Virus record (IMG/VR): IMGVR_UViG_2541047736_000010
Location: 1 to 25,115 of that record
Direction: 5' to 3' (one strand)
DNA: 25,115 bases
DNA from: a virus
Taxonomy: Duplodnaviria > Heunggongvirae > Uroviricota > Caudoviricetes
A model generated the notes under the pieces. It searched no databases. It had not been told where the DNA came from and was given only the letters and a program-made list of their open reading frames with translations. The translations under genes and the position numbers were made by a program. How positions within the stretch are numbered: the first letter of the stretch is position 1; each line of letters starts with the position of its first letter. Shown here one piece after another: positions 12,321 to 20,094 of the stretch.

Positions 12321-13262
12321 ATGGCTACTATTGCGCAATCAAAGAAACAAAAAAAACTTAAAATTGGTTTTTACACCAGCAGTTCTGGGACTATCCGCAG
12401 CCATTCAGTTGCTAAGCAAGCAATTGAAAATCTGTATAATACTTGCGTAACCGTTACGAATAATCATTTTGATACCATCTATAGAAATAAAAAGTTAAAA
12501 ATAGCTTTTATAAATAAAGATACAAAAGCTAAATATTTCTTCGGCTACATGTCATGCTCACGAGAAGAGTATCTCCTTCCTTATATTGGTGATGAATACT
12601 GGAATGAGCACAACATACCACTAGATGATAAAAAATACATAGTCGAAAGAACCTATTTTTTATATTATTACGATAGTGATATTTTAATATTAACTCAAAA
12701 TCATCTTGGGCCGAAAGAATCGGATTTAGCTTATCTGCTTTACAGCCAGAGTGGTAATCCTGGAAATAACTTTTCATTCCAAGCCATCTGGAAAAAAGAG
12801 AGCGTCAAAGAGCTACTTGAAACAGGAAGTACTTTGAGAAGTTGTGATATTGTCCTGGCTGCTCCCAGGAACTTTGATGCAACAAATTACCAGTTAAATA
12901 GTTCATTTTCTAAGGAACTGGTAAATATGATGGTAGGGCTGGGTGGAACACATCTCAAGTTAAATCTAAGGGGACGTGCATCAGGGAGAGTAAAAGTCAA
13001 AGGTTATTTATCAGATCTCGTTAAGGATGGTATTAAAGAACTCCTTGAAAAAATGCCGGGAATTGTAAAAAAAGCGGCAGTAACACAGCCCAAAAATACC
13101 GTTGAACAAAGTCTTCTTGATCAGGTACTCATTTCAGAAAAAAACATATATACCGTTAATGGTTATGGCACTGATAGTGATGTTCTGCAAGCCATGATTT
13201 CTGCTAAAATTGATAACAATGAATACCTTAAGCAATACGATATCAGCAAAAAGAAGGTATAG
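12321..13262 (+). CDS. Unknown 313-aa soluble protein; first gene of an AT-rich two-gene cassette (candidate RexA-like sensor)
   Basis: ATG at 12321 with AAGG 6 nt upstream. Visibly AT-rich and lysine-rich. On the strand opposite all surrounding phage genes. Stop is 3 nt before the next gene's ATG. No family confidently recognised by eye. Confidence 0.7.
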   Translation: MATIAQSKKQKKLKIGFYTSSSGTIRSHSVAKQAIENLYNTCVTVTNNHFDTIYRNKKLKIAFINKDTKAKYFFGYMSCSREEYLLPYIGDEYWNEHNIPLDDKKYIVERTYFLYYYDSDILILTQNHLGPKESDLAYLLYSQSGNPGNNFSFQAIWKKESVKELLETGSTLRSCDIVLAAPRNFDATNYQLNSSFSKELVNMMVGLGGTHLKLNLRGRASGRVKVKGYLSDLVKDGIKELLEKMPGIVKKAAVTQPKNTVEQSLLDQVLISEKNIYTVNGYGTDSDVLQAMISAKIDNNEYLKQYDISKKKV

Positions 13263-13265
13263 GAT

Positions 13266-13709
13266 ATGTTATTGAAATACTTAAGAAACCTGATTGTAAG
13301 TGTTTTTTGCACCTTGTTCCTACTGAGGTATATCCCTCAGATGGGGCATGCTGACATACTTACAGCCTCCGGGGTTATTTCAACTGTATCCGGTATTTTA
13401 TTTGGTTTTATTTTAGCCACAATATCAATTTTTAGTGCTGCTAGTGAAAACTCAAATGGAATAATAAAAGCATTAAAAAACAACAACATACTTCAAGTTA
13501 TTATTGTAAATCTATTAACCGCCGGTGCATCTTTAATTACGGCATGCGTTATTGCTTTGATAGCAATGTTTGCCAATGAAAAGACATTGTTACATGGAGA
13601 AAAAATAGAATTTATTTTAATTATCGAATCTTTATCTCTTCTTATCATTTCAGTAATAACTTTTGCCTTTACATGGAGAAAAGTAAACTGGATACTCCCC
13701 CACATTTAA
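13266..13709 (+). CDS. Small polytopic membrane protein (about four TM helices); candidate RexB-like channel/effector
   Basis: 147 aa with four hydrophobic stretches (about residues 9-23, 31-59, 75-102, 115-136). Tightly coupled to the upstream gene. From memory, lambda RexB is 144 aa with four TM helices and an FRHYIPG stretch in its first helix; this protein has LLRYIPQMG at the same place. Confidence 0.75.
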   Translation: MLLKYLRNLIVSVFCTLFLLRYIPQMGHADILTASGVISTVSGILFGFILATISIFSAASENSNGIIKALKNNNILQVIIVNLLTAGASLITACVIALIAMFANEKTLLHGEKIEFILIIESLSLLIISVITFAFTWRKVNWILPHI

Positions 13710-13710
13710 A

Positions 13711-13732
13711 AAGGGCAGAAATGCCCTTTTTT
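13711..13732. terminator. Bidirectional intrinsic terminator between the cassette and Q
   Basis: Stem gggca/tgccc (13713-13717 / 13722-13726) with loop gaaa, flanked by aaaaa upstream and tttttt downstream, so both strands read hairpin plus U-tract. Abuts both the cassette stop and the Q stop. Confidence 0.7.
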
Positions 13733-14110
13733 CTACTCCATTTCAAGTTTAACATCCAGCATTGAAAGGCATCCATCAATAAACCCTTCAGCCATCTGTA
13801 TCTCTATACGTATCAATTTCTCATCTTTTTTGCGAGCTCTTGCAAGCTTTCTTTTCGAGATGCCATACAGGTAATGGGCCACAATCAAAGAATGCTCGTA
13901 CGGTTTTCGCTTTTTAAGAAGAGCAAGACAACCTTCAATAATTAATGCATCACTATCTGAACAAGCCTGACGTGTTTTGCTTGTATAGGGAAGAAGCCCT
14001 TTAAACCCAGCAGCTACAGGAGAATAGTCTACTCCTGAACTATCACTCGCCGCCCATGCTCCCCAACGATCCAGAACCATTTGAATATCACGCATCAACT
14101 TTCTCCACAA
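13733..14110 (-). CDS. Late antitermination protein Q (phage 82 / QuuD type)
   Basis: MRDIQMVLDRWGAWAASDSSGVDYSPVAAGFKGL...GFIDGCLSMLDVKLEME resembles recalled DLP12 QuuD / phage 82 Q. Start could be the first Met (14110) or the Met five codons in. Confidence 0.85.
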   Translation of the reverse strand: MWRKLMRDIQMVLDRWGAWAASDSSGVDYSPVAAGFKGLLPYTSKTRQACSDSDALIIEGCLALLKKRKPYEHSLIVAHYLYGISKRKLARARKKDEKLIRIEIQMAEGFIDGCLSMLDVKLEME

Positions 14111-14112
14111 AA

Positions 14113-15108
14113 TCAGGCCAGCACGCCAGTTGCCAGCGCACGATCGATAAAACGAAATATCAGCTCCAGCTGGGAGCCATACCTCTCTTCAAATGCCACG
14201 GTATCCGCATGCAGCTCGTCGTGATGCTTTCTGCACAAAGGCAACACAAAAAGGTCATGCGCTTTTGTTCCCATTCCACCCTGACCGTAACCTATCAGGT
14301 GGTGGGGATCATCAGCGGGCTTTCCACAACATGCACACGGCTGTGTCTTAACCCAGCGCGTGTACTTTTCATTAACCCAGCGGCGACGTTTTGGGCGTAA
14401 CATAAAAGACTCCGGCGACTCCGGATCCACTTTCAGCGCCAGCACCTTTTTCGCTTTATCCTGGATAATGCTGGTGGCAGGAACCGAAGGAACAAGGTCA
14501 CTCTCCCGGGTGACAGACGGCACAACAGGCTTCGGTAATCTCAGTGCCTTACGGGCTGCACTTTCCGGTAAGGCATCCGCCAGGTCATTACGAATCAGCC
14601 ACCAGCACAGTTCCGGCATTGTCACAACGTGACTGTCATCAAAACCGAGATCCCGACGCACAACAGACAACACCCAGCGGGCACAGTTATCCGTTGCCAT
14701 TGATTCCAGCCGTTCCGTGAACTGATCGCGCAGCTGGTTATCGCAGTGCCAGCACAGACGGATTGCACCCGGAGCGTGTCGCATTGTGGTCATGTTCTCG
14801 CTGTGCCAGTCGGAATGAGGCCACTGGCAGCCTTTTTCACGAAGTAACCAGCTTTCAAGACATTCCACGCCACCAGCACGACGGATCACTGCCTCATTGC
14901 GGAACACGGCCCGAACGGCAGGATCATCCGCCAGCGGTTGTGATGCCGCCGGAACGGCACCACTCGCGAAAGATGAATAACGCTCCGGCTCAGGCTCCAG
15001 CAGGACACGCCCCTGCATAAACAGGGGCATCAGCTCTGAACCTGGCCTGAACAATACGATCCCCATACGCGGGGCAACTTCAGGGGTCAGTAGTGCTCTC
15101 ACGGTCAC
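14113..15108 (-). CDS. DUF968 family protein (YdfU-like)
   Basis: C-terminal motif CACCGKPADDPHHLIGYGQGGMGTKAHDLFVLPLCRKHHDELHAD is typical of DUF968 proteins found just upstream of Q in Qin-like prophages. Confidence 0.6.
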   Translation of the reverse strand: MTVRALLTPEVAPRMGIVLFRPGSELMPLFMQGRVLLEPEPERYSSFASGAVPAASQPLADDPAVRAVFRNEAVIRRAGGVECLESWLLREKGCQWPHSDWHSENMTTMRHAPGAIRLCWHCDNQLRDQFTERLESMATDNCARWVLSVVRRDLGFDDSHVVTMPELCWWLIRNDLADALPESAARKALRLPKPVVPSVTRESDLVPSVPATSIIQDKAKKVLALKVDPESPESFMLRPKRRRWVNEKYTRWVKTQPCACCGKPADDPHHLIGYGQGGMGTKAHDLFVLPLCRKHHDELHADTVAFEERYGSQLELIFRFIDRALATGVLA

Positions 15109-15109
15109 C

Positions 15110-15907
15110 TCAATGAACGGTATCGAGCAGCTTTAACAGCTCAGGGAATCGGGATTCGAAGAAATGCGGCTGCGTCTCGCGCGGATTTGCGGGACTGGTG
15201 ATATTCTTGCCGAACATGCAGCCTTTCGCTGTCAGCGACCAGAATTTTTTGATGTTGTTAATCGCGGTACGGCTGTATCGTTCGCGCTGCTCGACGATCC
15301 CCAGCTTCACCATCTGGTGATATGCCTGATTAGCTGTCAGGCGGATACCATACTGCTTCAGCAGTGCACTCAGTGACAGCGTGGGGCGGCTTGAGCCATC
15401 AGGCGCGTCAGCAGGAGCATCAATGGCATAGCGCGGTGCCAGATTCGGTAAGCCAACAGCCTCCTGGAGTTTCTGACAGGCACCAAGCACTGAAGAGTTA
15501 GACAGGTTTAATTCCCGGCGCATAAAGTCCAGCAGAATCACACCAGCCTGCATCTTGTCAGCAGCCTGTCCGGATAATTTTTCCGGTGCGCTGGTTACCA
15601 TGTCGAAAGTACGGATCACCTTCAGATGGAATGACGGGCTGATCCACATTGCATAGGCATACACCAGTTCTTTGCAGACATACGTCCCCTGGTTATTTCC
15701 GCCACGAATAACGTTAACTGGCTCTATATTGACCGAGTTGCAAATCTGCAACTCGCTTATTAAACGTTCAGTTTGCTCATTGCGGAGCCAGAATGCAGGC
15801 TTATGCTTATCCAGAGAACCGGCAGCCCTGTGCAGATCGTTCAGGCTGTAACGACCATAAGCATCACGACGAACTTCAATACCATCAATGACCATCAGAT
15901 TATTCAT
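15110..15907 (-). CDS. KilA-N domain protein (Roi / antirepressor-like), nin-region
   Basis: N-terminus MNNLMVIDGIEVRRDAYGRYSLNDLHRAAGSLDKHKPAFWLRNEQTERLISEL is a clear KilA-N signature. Located between RusA and DUF968. Confidence 0.7.
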   Translation of the reverse strand: MNNLMVIDGIEVRRDAYGRYSLNDLHRAAGSLDKHKPAFWLRNEQTERLISELQICNSVNIEPVNVIRGGNNQGTYVCKELVYAYAMWISPSFHLKVIRTFDMVTSAPEKLSGQAADKMQAGVILLDFMRRELNLSNSSVLGACQKLQEAVGLPNLAPRYAIDAPADAPDGSSRPTLSLSALLKQYGIRLTANQAYHQMVKLGIVEQRERYSRTAINNIKKFWSLTAKGCMFGKNITSPANPRETQPHFFESRFPELLKLLDTVH

Positions 15908-15926
15908 ACTTCGTTTCTCCTCTTAA

Positions 15927-16316
15927 TCAGGCGGCTGCACCCGCCGGTTTCTCATACTTACTGATAGTGATCTCGACCTTCCCTTTCGGGATAACCGGTC
16001 CCCACTCCACCAGCATTCTTTTCACCTGACTGTCGTCTTCCCACACCCCCGCGTGGGTCAGGGCGTCAAACAGCGCCTTGTTATAGTTGTCCAGATCGCG
16101 GATCCGGTTATCCGGAGGAAACAACACGATCTCCACTGAAGCAGGTGCCGACGTTGGTTTCGGCAGGCGACGTAACTGCTCAACTATTGCTGCGCACGCC
16201 GCGCTCTGGAATTTGCGCCCCGCTGCGCTTATCAGACTCTTACCAGCAAACGCCCCTTTGTTGGGGTGTCGCCAGTACGTGTTCACGCTGGGCGGAAAAG
16301 GCAGGATCAGCTTCAT
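15927..16316 (-). CDS. rusA: Holliday junction resolvase RusA
   Basis: 129 aa with PFPPSVNTYWRH, RDLDNYNKALFDALTHAGVWEDDSQV motifs characteristic of the RusA family. Confidence 0.85.
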   Translation of the reverse strand: MKLILPFPPSVNTYWRHPNKGAFAGKSLISAAGRKFQSAACAAIVEQLRRLPKPTSAPASVEIVLFPPDNRIRDLDNYNKALFDALTHAGVWEDDSQVKRMLVEWGPVIPKGKVEITISKYEKPAGAAA

Positions 16317-16639
16317 ACTTTCAGGCCCCTCTCATGTAACCAGTGGGCTGCACGCAGCCTGGCGTTTTCCTCACCGGCAAGCAGTGCGCGGATAATCCCG
16401 ACCGCCTCGTTGTCGTCGTCCTTCACAGCGGTATGAAGCGTTATCCCCCGTGCCACGCCACGCTTTATCGTGATGACGCCTTTTTTCTCCAGTGCGCGAA
16501 GATGCTCCACCGCTGCATTCACCGAACGGTATCCCAGCATGGTTGCCACCTCCTGATTGGTTGGCGGAAAGCCACGCTCTTTCTGATAAGAAATCAGCAT
16601 ATCCAGCACCTGCTGCTGGCATTGAGTTAACGTCGTCAT
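16313..16639 (-). CDS. LexA-like N-terminal DNA-binding domain protein (no peptidase domain)
   Basis: LTQCQQQVLDMLISYQKERGFPPTNQEVATMLGYRSVNAAVEHLRALEKKGVITIKRGVARGITL resembles the LexA winged-helix N-domain. Start placed at the internal ATG 16637-16639, which overlaps the upstream stop (TAATG). Confidence 0.6.
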   Translation of the reverse strand: MTTLTQCQQQVLDMLISYQKERGFPPTNQEVATMLGYRSVNAAVEHLRALEKKGVITIKRGVARGITLHTAVKDDDNEAVGIIRALLAGEENARLRAAHWLHERGLKV

Positions 16640-17133
16640 TACGCCCCCACGTAATTCCCTGACAGATACCACTCTTCACCCGATGCAGCCCGCTTACTGC
16701 TTTTCCGTAAACACCGTTCACGACGCGCCAGAAAATTGTTTCGTTCTGGCTGGGAGTGGCTTTCACGGAATGCCGCCATCCACACCGTTGCAGCACGACG
16801 GTATAAGCCCCTGGACTCCAGTTCTTCAGCCTGGCGGGTCAGGCACAAAATCACCCGTGGATCGTTAGTGCCGACATAGAAATTGCGCACAGGTCTGGTT
16901 TCACGAACTGGTTGTGGTTCCGGCTCCTGCGCTCTCTCAGTCAGGCGCGGGAAATGTCTGCATGTATCTCCTTCACAACGGTGAGCCACACGCCCACTCT
17001 GACGTAACTTGCTTGCAGACTGCAGAACGCGCTGCCGTGAGTAACCTGCAAAAGCATCCGCAATGTCTCCGGAAGTACACCCCGGATGGGCTTCAATGAA
17101 TTTCTGAACGTCATTTAACAGACTCATGATCAC
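16639..17133 (-). CDS. Putative regulator with PerC-like C-terminal region
   Basis: C-terminal RGLYRRAATVWMAAF resembles the GLWRRAA..W motif I recall from PerC/Pch-family activators. N-terminal half looks winged-helix-like. Assignment is tentative. Confidence 0.4.
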   Translation of the reverse strand: MIMSLLNDVQKFIEAHPGCTSGDIADAFAGYSRQRVLQSASKLRQSGRVAHRCEGDTCRHFPRLTERAQEPEPQPVRETRPVRNFYVGTNDPRVILCLTRQAEELESRGLYRRAATVWMAAFRESHSQPERNNFLARRERCLRKSSKRAASGEEWYLSGNYVGA

Positions 17134-18071
17134 CCCCTGAATCCTGCAGGGATCTGGCTGTAGTCCACGTTGTCGTAACTGGATTTGAAGTACGGGTCTT
17201 CGCGTTTTTCGGTGTACGTGCTGACGGACGGTGATAAGCGCAGGGAAAGCTCATCCCATTTTTCCCGCAACTTCGACGGGCTGAGCACGTTACGGCACCA
17301 GAACGGATCGCGGCTGACGCGGCTGTACATCTCGCAGATTTGTTTGTGAGTACGACCATCCTGTACACACATCAGGCGAATTTCGTTTGCCCAGGCTGTC
17401 CAGTTCGGTTCTTTGGGACGAACCACCTCGCCGTCACATTCGGCGGCTTGCTCGTACAGGGCGATGATTTTTTTCCAGAGCCACTGTGCGCAGGTCAAAT
17501 CATCCTGCGTTCCCCACTGGCGCTTTTTAGGGCTGAATACAACCGCATCAGGATGGCGAGTTAAAAAATCCTGTTCATCCGTCTGCGTGTCCGGTTGCGA
17601 AGCGTCCGGACGAGAAGGTTTTTTATCTGACGGATCATGTTTTGATTTTACTGACGGATCCCCGCCAGATTCTGACGGGTGAAAACCCGCTTTTTTGCCA
17701 GATTTCGACGCATCAAATTTTGACGGGTCAGATTTTAATGCGTCAGATTTTGACGGGTCAGAATCTGACAGTTGAGAAAATGCCGCTGCCTGAAGCTTCG
17801 CAACGTTAAGCTGATAAACATTCGACGCATTGCGGTTACCCTGGCGACGCGCCTTACGCGTTAACCAGCCTTCTGCTTCCAGCCGTGCGATAGCCGTCCT
17901 GACGGTACTCATCCCCGCGCCAATCTGACGGGCAATAGTTTCAATTGATGGCCAGCACACACCTTCGTCATTACTGAAATCAGCCAGGCGGGCCATAATT
18001 GCCACGCTGGATAATTTCATGCCTGATGCAGCGCAACCATCCCATACATAGCCGGTTAATTTAGTGCTCAT
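17130..18071 (-). CDS. Replication initiation protein (lambda O-like role) with iteron-encoded linker
   Basis: N-terminal HTH region (SSVAIMARLADFSNDEGVCWPSIETIARQIGAGMSTVRTAIARLEAEGWL) and a low-complexity D/S/K/P-rich central linker encoded by the iteron DNA, as in lambda O. GAGG ribosome-binding site before the ATG at 18069-18071. Confidence 0.7.
   Translation of the reverse strand: MSTKLTGYVWDGCAASGMKLSSVAIMARLADFSNDEGVCWPSIETIARQIGAGMSTVRTAIARLEAEGWLTRKARRQGNRNASNVYQLNVAKLQAAAFSQLSDSDPSKSDALKSDPSKFDASKSGKKAGFHPSESGGDPSVKSKHDPSDKKPSRPDASQPDTQTDEQDFLTRHPDAVVFSPKKRQWGTQDDLTCAQWLWKKIIALYEQAAECDGEVVRPKEPNWTAWANEIRLMCVQDGRTHKQICEMYSRVSRDPFWCRNVLSPSKLREKWDELSLRLSPSVSTYTEKREDPYFKSSYDNVDYSQIPAGFRG
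17620..17775. repeat. Iteron array, candidate origin of replication inside the initiator gene
   Basis: Core (T)TGACGG(G/A)T repeated at about 17626, 17651, 17671, 17720 and 17749, with variants at 17704 and 17763 and an inverted copy at about 17738. Spacing is 20-29 bp, interspersed with T-runs. Confidence 0.6.
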
Positions 18072-18080
18072 GACCGACCT

Positions 18081-18419
18081 CTATTTCCCTGAATTTACGA
18101 CGAAACTGTTCGAGCGGGCTGAAGCACTCATGCTCATAGCCTTCGCGGAGGTAGATAACTCGTTGTGTTTCCGGCTCCCAACGAATGACTCTGACGGGCA
18201 CTCCGTAGTGATCTTTGAACCAGCGGTTAACTTGTCGCAAAGGACTGTCTCCTTCTGCCGGTTGAAATCACCCACAGCCCACTCAGCAAAGCTGTGGGTT
18301 ACAATTTCCCTGTCACCTGGTACATTAACTGCATAGCAATACTCCACCTTCGCTTTTCCACCCGGTACAGGAAGCGCAATCAGTTGCGAGCGACGGTAGT
18401 GTGTTGTTAAACTGTTCAT
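18081..18419 (-). CDS. Hypothetical protein between the YdaT-like gene and the replication initiator
   Basis: 112-aa ORF whose ATG overlaps the upstream stop (ATGA coupling). The C-terminal half is Ser-rich and low-complexity, so the true reading frame or end is uncertain. Confidence 0.4.
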   Translation of the reverse strand: MNSLTTHYRRSQLIALPVPGGKAKVEYCYAVNVPGDREIVTHSFAEWAVGDFNRQKETVLCDKLTAGSKITTECPSESFVGSRKHNELSTSAKAMSMSASARSNSFVVNSGK

Positions 18420-19024
18420 GCGTTAGTTTCTCCACAGTCACGACACGCCACGGCGCCCGGAGCTGCACACTCGCGGGCGTCATTACTTTCTGAAATGCAA
18501 AAGATTTTGTAGACCAGTGCTGCATGCTCCTGCAGCTTCGAAATTGAGAGATACAGCTCGTCGTTAATTGCTGTCTTCTCATGCGGTTCCACCACACCGT
18601 CTTCGATTGCCGAACGAATCTGTCTGGAATAACTGCCAATCTGTTCAATGACTTCCAGCAGGCGCTGGTTAATATCGGCGTTGTCCACATCCTCGACGTC
18701 AGGAAGAGACACAAAGACGCCATTTGCAGCCTGCGCCACAGCGTCAGCAATGAAGTGAGTTCCACCAGCACGTTGCAAAATCATTGCCCATCCCAGCGGG
18801 AAAATCTGATCGCCATCGGCACGAAGGCGGTTAAATAATGCGTTTTCTGTTACATCCAGCCAGTCAGCTGCTTCAGCGTAACCACCCGGCAACGCTGCGA
18901 TAGTTTTTCTGACAGCTTTCACGTACCACTCAGGCTGTTTTTCTACTTTCCAGTGATGCTTACCCACGGTTAGCCTCATCGTTCTGTGGTTTCTGTTAAT
19001 CGATTTATCCATTAGATTTTTCAT
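18416..19024 (-). CDS. YdaT-like protein (CII functional analogue in Rac-type immunity regions)
   Basis: Follows the Cro/YdaS-like gene, as YdaT does in Rac-type prophages. The track ORF (to 19081) overlaps the Cro-like gene, so the start is placed at an internal ATG (19022-19024; alternative 19010-19012). Assignment by position and size, not strong sequence recall. Confidence 0.45.
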   Translation of the reverse strand: MKNLMDKSINRNHRTMRLTVGKHHWKVEKQPEWYVKAVRKTIAALPGGYAEAADWLDVTENALFNRLRADGDQIFPLGWAMILQRAGGTHFIADAVAQAANGVFVSLPDVEDVDNADINQRLLEVIEQIGSYSRQIRSAIEDGVVEPHEKTAINDELYLSISKLQEHAALVYKIFCISESNDARECAAPGAVACRDCGETNA

Positions 19025-19205
19025 AAAGCTCAGGTTTAAATGGCAACCGTCCGCAAGTTCTATATGCAGCTTCTGCTGCACGTCCTTTTGGAATTAACTG
19101 GCCCGGACGGTTTCGCCACTGATAAACGGCTTCAGTTGTTATGCCGAAAAAAGCAGCAACTTTCTCAATACTGCCGAAGTAGCTTTCGATATCGTCAGTT
19201 GTCAT
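19005..19205 (-). CDS. Cro-like repressor (YdaS-type HTH)
   Basis: 66 aa, [50 protein letters not shown] matches the Cro/YdaS HTH pattern. Divergent from the cI-like gene across a 97-bp operator region. Confidence 0.75.
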   Translation of the reverse strand: MTTDDIESYFGSIEKVAAFFGITTEAVYQWRNRPGQLIPKGRAAEAAYRTCGRLPFKPELYEKSNG

Positions 19206-19302
19206 ACGCCCTCCAAACTAAGTTTTATTAGATGCTAATTACAAATCTATCTTTGGTCAATAAAAACTAAGATTACTTAGCAATTCAAGAAATGGTGCTC
19301 CT
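19206..19302. promoter_or_regulatory. Immunity operator/promoter region (OR-like) with CTAA-N6-TTAG dyads
   Basis: 14-bp dyads ctaagttttattag (19217-19230) and ctaagattacttag (19266-19279), plus an overlapping ATTAG-atg-CTAAT palindrome (19226-19238). Lies between the divergent cI-like and cro-like genes. Confidence 0.6.
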
Positions 19303-19929
19303 ATGGAAACGGTTGGTCAGCGTATAAAAGCTCTGAGAAGAGTTACCGGAACGTCCCAGAAAGAATTGGGTAAATTTTGTGGAGTAAGCGACGTTGCTGT
19401 GGGGTACTGGGAGAAAGACATCAATACCCCTGGTGGGGAGGCACTTTCGAAATTAGCGAAGTTCTTCAATACGTCAATAGATTACATTCTTTATGGTGCT
19501 GAGTTTGAAGGCAAACTCGTCACAAACATGCGCAGAGTTCCTGTAATATCGTGGGTTCAGGCTGGGCAGTTTACTGAGTGCAGGGCAGCAGAAGTGTTTA
19601 GTGAAGTGGACAAGTGGGTAGATACATCATTAAAGATTGGTGATAACTCATTTGCATTAGAGGTTAAAGGTGACTCCATGACTAACCCTAATGGCCTCCC
19701 AACAATACCAGAAGGCGCAACAGTGATTGTAGATCCAGATGCAGAACCTCGTCATGGAAAAATAGTCATCGCTCGACTTGATGGAACAAACGAAGCTACA
19801 GTAAAAAAATTAGTCATCGATGGCCCTCAAAAGTTTTTAGTGCCATTAAATCCTCGGTATCCCAACATCCCTATCAATGGTAATTGCCTTATCATTGGTG
19901 TAGTCAAAGGAGTTCAATACGAACTCTAA
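19303..19929 (+). CDS. CI-type prophage repressor (HTH plus S24 LexA-like autopeptidase domain)
   Basis: N-terminal XRE-type HTH (QKELGKFCGVSDVAVGYWEKD). C-terminal S24 signature with GDSM (catalytic Ser) and VKKL (Lys). No strong ribosome-binding site, so possibly leaderless like lambda cI from pRM. Confidence 0.9.
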   Translation: METVGQRIKALRRVTGTSQKELGKFCGVSDVAVGYWEKDINTPGGEALSKLAKFFNTSIDYILYGAEFEGKLVTNMRRVPVISWVQAGQFTECRAAEVFSEVDKWVDTSLKIGDNSFALEVKGDSMTNPNGLPTIPEGATVIVDPDAEPRHGKIVIARLDGTNEATVKKLVIDGPQKFLVPLNPRYPNIPINGNCLIIGVVKGVQYEL

Positions 19930-19994
19930 GACCTCTCTTCTCTAACTAAGGCACCGAACTAAGAAAAGTTTGGTGTTTTCTCTTGCCATAATAA

Positions 19995-20008
19995 CTAAGT
20001 TAAGTTAG
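19995..20008. promoter_or_regulatory. Additional operator-like dyad downstream of cI
   Basis: ctaagttaagttag has the same CTAA-N6-TTAG architecture as the OR dyads. Three further AACTAAG half-site-like copies lie at 19944, 19957 and 19993. Confidence 0.35.
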
Positions 20009-20094
20009 ATTTTATATCAAAGATAACGAACAGGCAGGACGCCCACGAAGTAGCCGCCTGGGGCATATGAAGTCCAGGATGATTCGTTAGCAAC

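Noticed and set aside
12529-12777. 82-aa minus-strand ORF inside the 313-aa cassette gene
   Set aside because: Antisense shadow ORF within an AT-rich gene whose plus-strand frame is long, continuous and has a ribosome-binding site.
16371-16796. 141-aa minus-strand ORF overlapping the LexA-DBD and PerC-like genes
   Set aside because: It is an alternate frame across two translationally coupled genes, and its Gly/Arg-rich translation looks non-protein-like.
17620-17775. Possible CRISPR array suggested by the short direct repeats
   Set aside because: Repeats are 8-10 bp, not 28-37 bp, have irregular short spacers and lie inside a coding sequence. This is the iteron pattern of a replication origin.
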